This document shows, piece after piece, positions 36,583-45,240 of a stretch of 64,000 nucleotides of DNA. The translations under genes were made by a program, and so were the position numbers. Origin of the DNA: Verrucomicrobiota bacterium. GTDB lineage: Bacteria; Verrucomicrobiota; Verrucomicrobiia; Limisphaerales; Palsa-1400. The stretch spans positions 32,001 through 96,000 of the forward strand of contig JBEKYR010000008.1 of NCBI GenBank assembly GCA_049510745.1. Direction: 5' to 3'. The notes beneath the pieces were generated by a model. That model saw nothing but the letters and a program-made list of their open reading frames with translations. It was not told the DNA's origin and did not search any database. Within the stretch, counting starts at the first letter, position 1. Every line of letters begins with the position of its first letter.

Positions 36583-36745
36583 TTGACAGGGAGGAGCGGG
36601 AGGGTGCATTTCCGAGCATGGCGCGAAAGCTTCGCCTGCAATATCCGGGCGCGGTTTATCACCTGATGCGCCGCGGCGGCCACCGGGAGCCGCTCTTCCT
36701 GGAGAAGTCCGACCGGCCAATGTTTCCGTCCACCCTGGGCGAGGC
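36583..36745 (+). mobile_element. RAYT 5' fragment, copy 4, with promoter
   Basis: TTGACA-18-CATTTC, ATG 36618, MARKLRLQYPGAVYHLMRRGGHREPLFLEKSDRPMFPSTLGEA. Confidence 0.85.
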
Positions 36746-36765
36746 TCCTGCCGAGCCGCTTTGGC

Positions 36766-37180
36766 AAACCGCGCTGTGCCTCAGCAGAGTGTCCGTCCAT
36801 GTTTGTCCGTGTTTGTCCATGCCCGTCCATTTCGTCCTATTCGTCCTATTCGTCCCATCGCCGTGGCCGTCTGGTACGAGCTTATATTTTTTTTGTGATC
36901 TTTGTGATTTTTTGCGGCAATTCATCTTTGGTTGCGGCTTGCCGCGCCGTGAAAATCTGTGTCCATCTGTGGCCCGCACCCTTGGCCAATTTTTCTCTTT
37001 TTTTTCCTTCCGTAGGTTTTTCGCCTTGACGCCCCTGTGCTGTAATCGGGCCAGGATGACAACAAGCCATCTCATGCAGGGCCATCGAGGGAGCGCCGAG
37101 CGAACCGGGCCGGCCAACAGCCGCAAGCCGGGCCGCTCCGCCGGCCTGTCCGCCGTCGCTCGCTCCCGCCGGGCGAAGGC
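36766..37180. repeat. second copies of modules E, B and C in succession
   Basis: E 36766-36877, B 36949-37006, C 36997-37180 match the copies at 34069, 30411 and 32392. Confidence 0.88.
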
Positions 37181-37224
37181 CGGCAAATCCCGTCAACCCT
37201 CACGCACCAACGAAAGCACATAAT

Positions 37225-37971
37225 ATGTCACGCACTGGAAAAATAGCCCGCCTCCCAACCGCCATCAGGGAACAACTCAACGCCAGAATCGAACAAGGCG
37301 AGCCGTCAATTCACCTCGTCGATTGGCTTAACTCCCTGCCCTCCGTCAATGCCGTCCTCGACACATACTTCGCCGGCCGCCCCGTCACCGACGGCAACCT
37401 CTCTGACTGGAAACACGGCGGCTACAAGGACTGGAAGGCCGAACAAGCCGCCGCCGCCATGTTCGAGAAACTGTGCCAGACTCCTGCCGAAAAACTCACC
37501 GCTCTCCAAAGCGGCCTGATCGACCAGATGGCCACCCTCTACGCCGCCCAACTCCTCTCCGAGATGCAAAAACCAGCGCCCCACGCGGACGACGCCGCCC
37601 GCGCCAAAATTTGGCGCGAATTCCGCCAGGCCTTCGCCTCTCTGCGACGTTACCAGTTCGCCACCCTCGCCATCCAGGACCGCCTCAAGTTCCAGCCCAT
37701 CGAGACCGAAGCCACAGAATCATTCCAACTCACCGAAGACGACAAACGCCGTCGCGTTGAACATCTCCTCGGCGTCGCGGGCGGCCCCGACGCCAACAGA
37801 TTCGACGTAAAAACTCAAACCTGGTCCGGTCCAAACGCCGCTGTCATGAACCGGCAACACCGGAAACTGCTCCTGAAAGCCGCCAAAGAAGCCGGAATCG
37901 ACCTGGAAAACGAAACCCAAAACCCGGACAAATCCGGAGAAATCCGGCCAATTCCGGCCAAATCCGGCTAA
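37225..37971 (+). CDS. DUF3486 / Mu gp27-like (small-terminase-like) protein
   Basis: GKIARLPTAIREQLNARI...WLNSLP...NLSDWKHGGY N-terminal HTH-like region; family call from memory of the motif. Confidence 0.6.
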   Translation: MSRTGKIARLPTAIREQLNARIEQGEPSIHLVDWLNSLPSVNAVLDTYFAGRPVTDGNLSDWKHGGYKDWKAEQAAAAMFEKLCQTPAEKLTALQSGLIDQMATLYAAQLLSEMQKPAPHADDAARAKIWREFRQAFASLRRYQFATLAIQDRLKFQPIETEATESFQLTEDDKRRRVEHLLGVAGGPDANRFDVKTQTWSGPNAAVMNRQHRKLLLKAAKEAGIDLENETQNPDKSGEIRPIPAKSG

Positions 37972-37980
37972 ATCGGGCCA
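37921..37980. repeat. six 10-nt tandem repeats (AATCCGGCYA-like)
   Basis: aacccggaca aatccggaga aatccggcca attccggcca aatccggcta aatcgggcca. Confidence 0.88.
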
Positions 37981-38023
37981 AAAAATGAAATTTCGTTGAC
38001 GAGGCCGCCTTCCCGGCTAAAAT
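37980..38023 (+). promoter_or_regulatory. gap promoter containing module D copy 2
   Basis: TTGACG (37996)-16-TAAAAT (38018) upstream of gap. Confidence 0.65.
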
Positions 38024-38042
38024 TTGTGGCCAACTTCGGTGA

Positions 38043-39125
<1,083 letters not shown>

Positions 39126-39132
39126 TCCTCCC

Positions 39133-39717
39133 ATGCGCATCATCGCGGGCAGCGCCGGGGGGACGATTCTGCGGGCGCCCAAGGGCTTCGACGTGCGGCC
39201 CACGCCCGACCTGGTTCGGCAGGCGGTCTTCAACAGCCTGGGCCGGTGGGTGGCGGGGGCGCGCGTGCTGGAATTGTTCGCCGGCACGGGCGCGCTCAGT
39301 TTGGAGTGCCTGAGCCGCGGCGCCGCGCTGGCTGTTTGCGTCGAGAAATCCAGCCGCCACGCCCAATTCATCCGGCTCAACCTCGAACACTCCCGCCTGC
39401 CCGCCGCCGCGCTGCAAATCCAGGCGCGGGACGCCTTCGCCGCCGTCCGCCAACTGGCCGCCGAGAATCGACAATTCGATTTGGTCCTGGCCGACCCGCC
39501 CTACGGCGAAAAAAACGTCGGCCGGCGCTCGACCTCGTACGCCCAACAACTGCTCGACGATCCCGATCTGCCCAAATTATTGCGCCGCGGCGGCCTGTTC
39601 ATTTTGGGCCACACCAAGCGCGACACCCTGAGCCTTCCGGCAAGCTGGGAGGAAACAAAGATGCTAAAACACGGCGACACCGTGATGCGCTTTCTGCGGA
39701 GCCACTTTGAACCTTAA
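39133..39717 (+). CDS. rsmD: 16S rRNA m2G966 methyltransferase RsmD family
   Basis: MRIIAG, RPTPDLVRQAVFN, LFAGTGALSLECLSRGA, ADPPY. Confidence 0.9.
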   Translation: MRIIAGSAGGTILRAPKGFDVRPTPDLVRQAVFNSLGRWVAGARVLELFAGTGALSLECLSRGAALAVCVEKSSRHAQFIRLNLEHSRLPAAALQIQARDAFAAVRQLAAENRQFDLVLADPPYGEKNVGRRSTSYAQQLLDDPDLPKLLRRGGLFILGHTKRDTLSLPASWEETKMLKHGDTVMRFLRSHFEP

Positions 39718-39754
39718 ACTTTGAACTTTGAACTTTGAACTTTGAACTTTAAAC
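39706..39754. repeat. seven 7-nt tandem repeats (TTTGAAC)
   Basis: tttgaac cttaaac (tttgaac)x4 tttaaac spanning the rsmD stop. Confidence 0.9.
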
Positions 39755-39761
39755 TCATCCC

Positions 39762-40133
39762 ATGCAGTTCCAAATCATCTTCAATCCGACCAGCGCGGCC
39801 GAGTTGGCGAAAATGCCGCGGGAATTGCAGCTTCACATCTTGGGTGAATTCCGCGGCCTGCCGCACGAGGTCTTGAAAAGCGACCCGCATCACTTCGGCC
39901 GCCTGGAGCGCGCGGGCAAGACCCTCCATCGGTTTCGCCTGGGCGACTACCGCGTCTATTTCGAGCGGCACGAACTGGGGGTGGTGGTCCACCGCATCCT
40001 CAGCCGCAACACGCTCAAGGATTTCCTCTTTCGTTCCAGCCTGCCCACCGGCGAGGACGAAGCCTTGCAGGAAAACCCGAAGTTTTGGGAAATGATCGAA
40101 TCCGCCCGCCTGACCCCGCCCAGGAAAGACTGA
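39762..40133 (+). CDS. RelE/ParE-fold protein
   Basis: FQIIFNPTSAAEL...LHRFRLGDYRVYF...VVHRILSR. Confidence 0.7.
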   Translation: MQFQIIFNPTSAAELAKMPRELQLHILGEFRGLPHEVLKSDPHHFGRLERAGKTLHRFRLGDYRVYFERHELGVVVHRILSRNTLKDFLFRSSLPTGEDEALQENPKFWEMIESARLTPPRKD

Positions 40134-40158
40134 CAGGGCTTGTCAACGAAAGCCGCCC

Positions 40159-40776
40159 CTACCCGGCATCCTCGCCCAATTCGACGTTCCAATAGGCCAG
40201 GTCCAGGAAGTGTTTCCAACTGTCGTGTTGGATGCCCACGTTGACCTGGACAAACGGACGCCATTTGGGCCGCTTGGGTTTGCGCACCAGGTGCATGCCC
40301 GCCTCCTGCGGCGTGGAGTTGGCCTTCTGCGTGTTGCAGCGGATGCACGAGCAAACGATGTTTTCCCAGGTCGTCGGGCCGCCCCGGTCGCGCGGGATGA
40401 CGTGATCGAGGTTCAAATCCTTCCGCTCAAAAACCTCTCCGCAGTACTGGCAGGTGTTGCGGTCGCGCTCGAAGATGTTGTGCCGGGTGAATTTGACCTC
40501 CTTCTTGGGCAGGCGGTCGAACATGATCAACAGAATCACCCGCGGGACGCGGATTTTGAACGAGACGGTGGCGATGGTTTCCGGATGCGGCTCCTGCGCC
40601 GAGAAATCGCGCCATTGGCTGAAACTGAACGTCTGAAACACCCCGTCGCCGTCGCTCAACACCACCTGGGCATGGCCTTCGAAGAGAAGGGTCAGCGCGC
40701 GGCGGGCGGTGCAGACATTGACCGCCTGCCAGAGGCGGTTGAGCACCAGCACGTGTTGGTTGAGGAAACAACTCAT
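40159..40776 (-). CDS. HNH endonuclease (VLVLN family)
   Basis: VLVLN, RDRNTCQYCG, LNLDHVIPRDRGG..TWENIVCSCIRCNTQK. Confidence 0.93.
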   Translation of the reverse strand: MSCFLNQHVLVLNRLWQAVNVCTARRALTLLFEGHAQVVLSDGDGVFQTFSFSQWRDFSAQEPHPETIATVSFKIRVPRVILLIMFDRLPKKEVKFTRHNIFERDRNTCQYCGEVFERKDLNLDHVIPRDRGGPTTWENIVCSCIRCNTQKANSTPQEAGMHLVRKPKRPKWRPFVQVNVGIQHDSWKHFLDLAYWNVELGEDAG

Positions 40777-40872
40777 AACCAATAACTTCGACGCGCAGAA
40801 TAGCACAGGGCGTTCCCCGATGTCAACGCGCACTTGCCAACGCCCCCGCGGCGGAGTTAAGATGCCGGCCTT

Positions 40873-42339
40873 ATGAGATTGTTTGCAGTGCTGGCGCTGT
40901 CTCTGGTTTGCGCACTCGCGGCCCGCGCGGCCGGACCGGATGAACAGTATCTGGATATTTACAACGAGATTCTACAGGCCGACAGCCTCCAGCAAAACGG
41001 AAGATCGGCCCTCGCCGCCGAGAAATACGCCGAGGCCCAATCCACTCTGCAAAAGCTCCAGACGGATTACCCGCGCTGGAACCCGGACATCGTCCATTTC
41101 CGGCTCGATTACCTGGCCGAACGATTGCAGGAGCTGGCGAAGTTTGCGCCGCCTTCCAGTGCTCACGCGCCGGCCGCCCTCGCTCCCACCAACCTGCCGG
41201 CCGCCACGGCGCAGCAGGAGATTGCGGTTTTGCAGGAGCAACTTCGCGCTTTGACCGCGGCCAACGGCGAGTTGGAGAACAAACTCAAAGAGGCCCTTTC
41301 CGTCCAGCCCGCCGCTGTCAGCCCCCGCGAACTCATCAAAGCCGGCGAAAGAATTGTCGAGTTGGAAAAGGAGTGCGATTTGCTCAAGACCGATCTGGAG
41401 CAGGCCAAAGCCTCCAAGGCCGCATCCGGCGCGCCCGCCGAGGCGAAAGCCCTCGCCGCCGAGCGCGACAAATTAAAGGAGGAATTGGCGGCGCGAACGA
41501 AGGAGTTGGCCGATGCCAAGGCGCGTGGCAAGGCGGACTTGCTGGCGGCGCGCGCCGCCCTCAAAGATGCCCAGCGGGAGAGGGACGAATTGGCGAAGAA
41601 ACTGGCGGCCACCCAGCCCGGCGGGGACAACTCGAAGTCACGCGCCCCGTCACCCGTTGAGCCGGTCAAACCGGTGGCGCCGGCCAATCCGCCCCCACCG
41701 AACGACCCTCCCGCGCCCGCCGCGCCAGCCACGAACGCCGCGCCGGCACACGTCATTCACACCAGCAAGGATTTGCCGCCTGGCGCCGGCCCGTTGATGG
41801 CCGATGCCATGCGCGCCTCGATGGAGCGGGATTTCGCCAGAGCCGAGCAGAAGTACCAGGAGATCCTGCGCCAGGATGAGAACAATGTTTATGTTTTGGC
41901 CCACCTGGCCAACGCGCAGTTTGCCGGGGGCCACCTGGACCAGTGTGAGAAAACCGTGCTCAAGGCGCTGGCTTTGGACGCGGACGACGCGGCCAGTTTG
42001 TACTTGCTCGGCATCCTGCGCTATCGCCAGGAAAAACTGGACGCCGCTCTGGATGCCCTCAACCGCTCCGCCAAGTTCAATCCCACCAACGCCGGCACGC
42101 AGAATTACCTCGGCTGCGTCCTGGCCGACAAAGGATTGCGCTCCGCCGCCGAATCCGCGCTGCGCAAGGCGCTGCAACTGGACCCCGACTACGCCGACGC
42201 GCATTACAATCTGGCCCTTGTCTATGCGGGCGAGCAACCGCCCTCGCCGTCACTGGCCCGCTGGCATTACGACCGGGCGGTGACCCTGGGCCACGCCAGG
42301 AATCCCGATTTCGAAAAAACCCTCCCGGCCGCGAAATAA
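40873..42339 (+). CDS. secreted coiled-coil / TPR protein
   Basis: signal peptide, coiled coil, Pro-rich linker, C-terminal TPRs (ALQLDPDYADAHYNLA). Confidence 0.88.
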   Translation: MRLFAVLALSLVCALAARAAGPDEQYLDIYNEILQADSLQQNGRSALAAEKYAEAQSTLQKLQTDYPRWNPDIVHFRLDYLAERLQELAKFAPPSSAHAPAALAPTNLPAATAQQEIAVLQEQLRALTAANGELENKLKEALSVQPAAVSPRELIKAGERIVELEKECDLLKTDLEQAKASKAASGAPAEAKALAAERDKLKEELAARTKELADAKARGKADLLAARAALKDAQRERDELAKKLAATQPGGDNSKSRAPSPVEPVKPVAPANPPPPNDPPAPAAPATNAAPAHVIHTSKDLPPGAGPLMADAMRASMERDFARAEQKYQEILRQDENNVYVLAHLANAQFAGGHLDQCEKTVLKALALDADDAASLYLLGILRYRQEKLDAALDALNRSAKFNPTNAGTQNYLGCVLADKGLRSAAESALRKALQLDPDYADAHYNLALVYAGEQPPSPSLARWHYDRAVTLGHARNPDFEKTLPAAK

Positions 42340-42365
42340 TCTCAACCTCCCAAATTGTTTCACCT

Positions 42366-42809
42366 ATGAATGCACCTGACCTGACACAACGTCCGCCGCG
42401 CAGCCCGCGCGTGCGCCTGGGCGGCTACGCCATTTTGCCGAGAATGCTTGACAAAGGGCGGGCCACCGTTGCCGGCAAAAACGGCGAGTTTCACTACAAC
42501 TGCCCGCTCGACCAGCAATTCCTCAACTTCGCCGGCATTGACGCCGCCAATCTGAAAAAACAACTGGCCCAGGGCAAGGGCGACGGCCAAATCCTGGAGT
42601 GGATCGAGAAGAACGCCAAATTCAAACGGTCGCCGCTGGAAATTGCCGCCTGGTCGAAGTTCCAGGACCGGCGGGCGCCCACCGACGTTGAATCGCGCCA
42701 GTTCTTCCAGGAGTACCATACCAAACTCGCCCCCGGCCGAAACGACGTGGGGACGTGGTTTGACATACTTGACATCGACGACCACGTGACCTTCGGCGGC
42801 AAGGCCTGA
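42366..42809 (+). CDS. DUF5069-like protein
   Basis: DLTQRPPRSPRVRLGGYAILPRMLDKGRA...YNCPLD. Confidence 0.8.
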   Translation: MNAPDLTQRPPRSPRVRLGGYAILPRMLDKGRATVAGKNGEFHYNCPLDQQFLNFAGIDAANLKKQLAQGKGDGQILEWIEKNAKFKRSPLEIAAWSKFQDRRAPTDVESRQFFQEYHTKLAPGRNDVGTWFDILDIDDHVTFGGKA

Positions 42810-42815
42810 CGCGCC

Positions 42816-43121
42816 TCAACCGCCCTGGGCTGCCAGCCGCGCCAGGCACTCGAAAGAGAAGATGCCGGCGGCATGACCATCGGCCCAAACGGGCTGGATG
42901 CCGTAACCGCCCACCGGCGTGAAGCGGGTCATTTGAAACGAGCGGGGCGTCAGCGCAACCTCCGGCCCCTTGTGCAGATGGCCCATGACGTCGGTTTCCC
43001 CCATGCAGCCGGCGCACGGGCAAGCCCGCCGCAGTCTTTCCAGGGCAATGAAGCTTTCCCGGCCATCTTCCCATTTGATGGCCAATTCCGTTCCAATGAG
43101 TTGCAAGTCCGCCGGACGCAT
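42816..43121 (-). CDS. DUF971 / GBBH-like N-terminal domain protein
   Basis: LAIKWEDG, LRRACPCAGC, VGGYGIQPVWADGH..GIFS. Confidence 0.88.
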   Translation of the reverse strand: MRPADLQLIGTELAIKWEDGRESFIALERLRRACPCAGCMGETDVMGHLHKGPEVALTPRSFQMTRFTPVGGYGIQPVWADGHAAGIFSFECLARLAAQGG

Positions 43122-43213
43122 CAGGCAGTTTAGGCCAGGCGGCTGGCGAAAGAAACCGAAAAACAGCCGTTCCTCGCCCGAGTGCGCTTTGAATCCCAAT
43201 CCCAAGAAGTCGC

Positions 43214-43241
43214 TTGACAAAAGGTTAGTATTCACTAACTT
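43214..43241 (+). promoter_or_regulatory. tetR promoter with overlapping operator
   Basis: TTGACA-16-TAACTT; palindrome GTTAGT-attc-ACTAAC at 43224-43239. Confidence 0.65.
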
Positions 43242-43247
43242 GGCGGC

Positions 43248-43952
43248 GTGACAAAAAAAACGCGGCTCTCGGCGCAAGAGCGGAAGGCGGCCATCGTCCA
43301 AGCCGCGCTGCCGCTCTTTGCCCGCCAGGGCTACGCGGAAACGACTACCAAGGACCTCGCCCGCGCCGCCGGAGTTTCGGAACCGCTGCTCTACAAGCAT
43401 TTTCCGAGCAAGGAGGCACTTTACCTCGAGATCCAGAACCTCTGCTGCCAGGGAAATGATCCCGCCACCCGCAAATTCATCCACTTGATCACCGAGTTGG
43501 AGCCGTCCGCCTCGACCCTGGTCCATCTGGTCTATTATCTGGTTTGCGTCCAGGTGCTGGGCAAACCCGCCGGCTCTGTCGAGTGGGAGACCTGGCAGCG
43601 CCTGATGTTGAAAAGCTTCCTCGAAGACGGCGCATTCGCCCGCACCATGTATCAAAACAGGTTTGATTATTTCTGCGCCCGCATCGAGGCGTGCATCGAC
43701 GCGGCCATCGCGGCCGGAGAGGCGGTCCAGACGCCGTTGTCCCCCGGAAACCGCGCCCGCTTCGGGCATCATCTGGCCGCCTGGCTCGCGGTGGTTCATT
43801 TGCCGCCGAAGCCCGCCATCAATTACAAGGTTTCCCGCGAGGAACTCATTCACCAGGCGGTCTGGTTCATTCTGCGCGGCATGGGCATGACACGCAAAGC
43901 CATCGCCACTTATTTCAATCCCAAGGCGCTGAGCCTGTTTTTCAACGCCTGA
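43248..43952 (+). CDS. TetR/AcrR family regulator
   Basis: LFARQGYAETTTKDLARAAGVSEPLLYKHFPSKEAL. Confidence 0.93.
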   Translation: MTKKTRLSAQERKAAIVQAALPLFARQGYAETTTKDLARAAGVSEPLLYKHFPSKEALYLEIQNLCCQGNDPATRKFIHLITELEPSASTLVHLVYYLVCVQVLGKPAGSVEWETWQRLMLKSFLEDGAFARTMYQNRFDYFCARIEACIDAAIAAGEAVQTPLSPGNRARFGHHLAAWLAVVHLPPKPAINYKVSREELIHQAVWFILRGMGMTRKAIATYFNPKALSLFFNA

Positions 43953-43962
43953 TGGTTAGTAA

Positions 43963-45228
43963 ATGTTCACCATGTGGAAAATTGTGAAAACTCGATTTGT
44001 TCCGGCCGCGCCGGCGGCGGCCCGATTGGATCATCCTGATGTTTTTATCAGATGGAAGACGTTCCTGGCGGCACTTTTTTGCGGGCTGTCCATGACCGCC
44101 TGCAACCGCCAGGCCCAAGCTCCACCGGCCCCCGTGCCGGAAGTGGCGACGGTTACGGTGGCCCGGCAACGGGTGGCGCTGGCGACCGAACTGCCGGGGC
44201 GCACCGCGCCGTACCGCATGGCCGAGATCCGCCCGCAGGTCAACGGCCTCATCCAGAAACGCCTCTTTACCGAAGGTTCGGATGTCCAGGCCGGCCAGGC
44301 GCTTTACCAGATTGATCCGGCGCCCTTCCAGGCGGCGCTCGACAATGCCAGGGCCGCCCTTGGCCGGGCTGAAGCCAATCTGCCTGCCCTTCAATTGAGG
44401 GCGGATCGCTACAAGGAAGCCCTGGCCGACAAAGCGGTTGCCCAGCAGGACCTGGATGATGCCACAGCCGCCTTGAAACAGGCCGAAGCTGATATTGCGT
44501 ATTACCAGGCGATGGTGGAGACGGCCCGCATCAACCTTGGATACACGCGGGTGGTCTCACCGATCACCGGCCGGATTGGAAGGTCCTCGGTGACGGATGG
44601 CGCCATCGCGACGGCTTATCAACCCACGGCCCTGGCCACTATTCAGCAACTGGACCCCATTTATGTGGATGTGCCCCAATCCACCACGGAACTGCTCCGG
44701 TTGCAGCGCCGCTTGGAGGAAAGGCGGATGAACCGTGACGGGACAAACGCGAACCAAGTGGAACTCATCCTCGATGACGCCACCAAATATCCCTTGGAGG
44801 GGACCCTTCAGTTCCGCGACGTCTCGGTGGATCCGACAACCGCCTCTGTGATCTTGCGGATGGTGTTCCCCAATCCGAACGGAGTTCTCCTGCCGGGCAT
44901 GTTCGTTCGCGCGGTGGTGAAAGAAGGGGTCAATGAGCAGGGCATTTTGATTCCGCAGCAAGCCGTGTCTCGCGATCCAAAGGGCAATCCAGTGGCATTG
45001 ATTGTGAACGCTTCCGGCAAAGTTGAGCAACGGATGCTCAGTCTTGACCGGGCCATTGGCGACCAATGGCTCGTCTCCTCGGGCCTTTCGCCCGGCGACC
45101 GGGTCATCGCCGAGGGCATGCAAAGAGTCCAACCCGGCGCTTTGGTCAAAGAGGTCCCCTTTGATGACGGTCGGAAACCGGAGACAAAACCAGGGAACAT
45201 GGCCCAGCCAGCCTCGACCTCGAATTGA
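43963..45228 (+). CDS. AcrA/MexA-like RND periplasmic adaptor
   Basis: lipobox SMTAC, ELPGRT, AEIRPQVNG, SPITGRIG, LLPGMFVR; start uncertain. Confidence 0.93.
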   Translation: MFTMWKIVKTRFVPAAPAAARLDHPDVFIRWKTFLAALFCGLSMTACNRQAQAPPAPVPEVATVTVARQRVALATELPGRTAPYRMAEIRPQVNGLIQKRLFTEGSDVQAGQALYQIDPAPFQAALDNARAALGRAEANLPALQLRADRYKEALADKAVAQQDLDDATAALKQAEADIAYYQAMVETARINLGYTRVVSPITGRIGRSSVTDGAIATAYQPTALATIQQLDPIYVDVPQSTTELLRLQRRLEERRMNRDGTNANQVELILDDATKYPLEGTLQFRDVSVDPTTASVILRMVFPNPNGVLLPGMFVRAVVKEGVNEQGILIPQQAVSRDPKGNPVALIVNASGKVEQRMLSLDRAIGDQWLVSSGLSPGDRVIAEGMQRVQPGALVKEVPFDDGRKPETKPGNMAQPASTSN

Positions 45229-45240
45229 CGGAGGCCCGCC

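Noticed and set aside
36618..37223. 201-aa ORF starting with the RAYT N-terminus as a functional transposase
   Set aside because: RAYT similarity ends after about 43 aa, before the HUH motif; the rest is read-through of repeat modules
32421..37971. Intact prophage
   Set aside because: Only terminase-like genes are present; no structural, lysis, replication or integration genes
26735..38013. Possible CRISPR array or classical integron in the repeat-rich island
   Set aside because: Repeats are not regularly spaced with unique spacers, and no cas gene, integron integrase or clear attC site was seen
40159..40776. HNH nuclease as a homing or defence element
   Set aside because: Belongs to a widespread stand-alone family, has host-like composition and shows no mobile context
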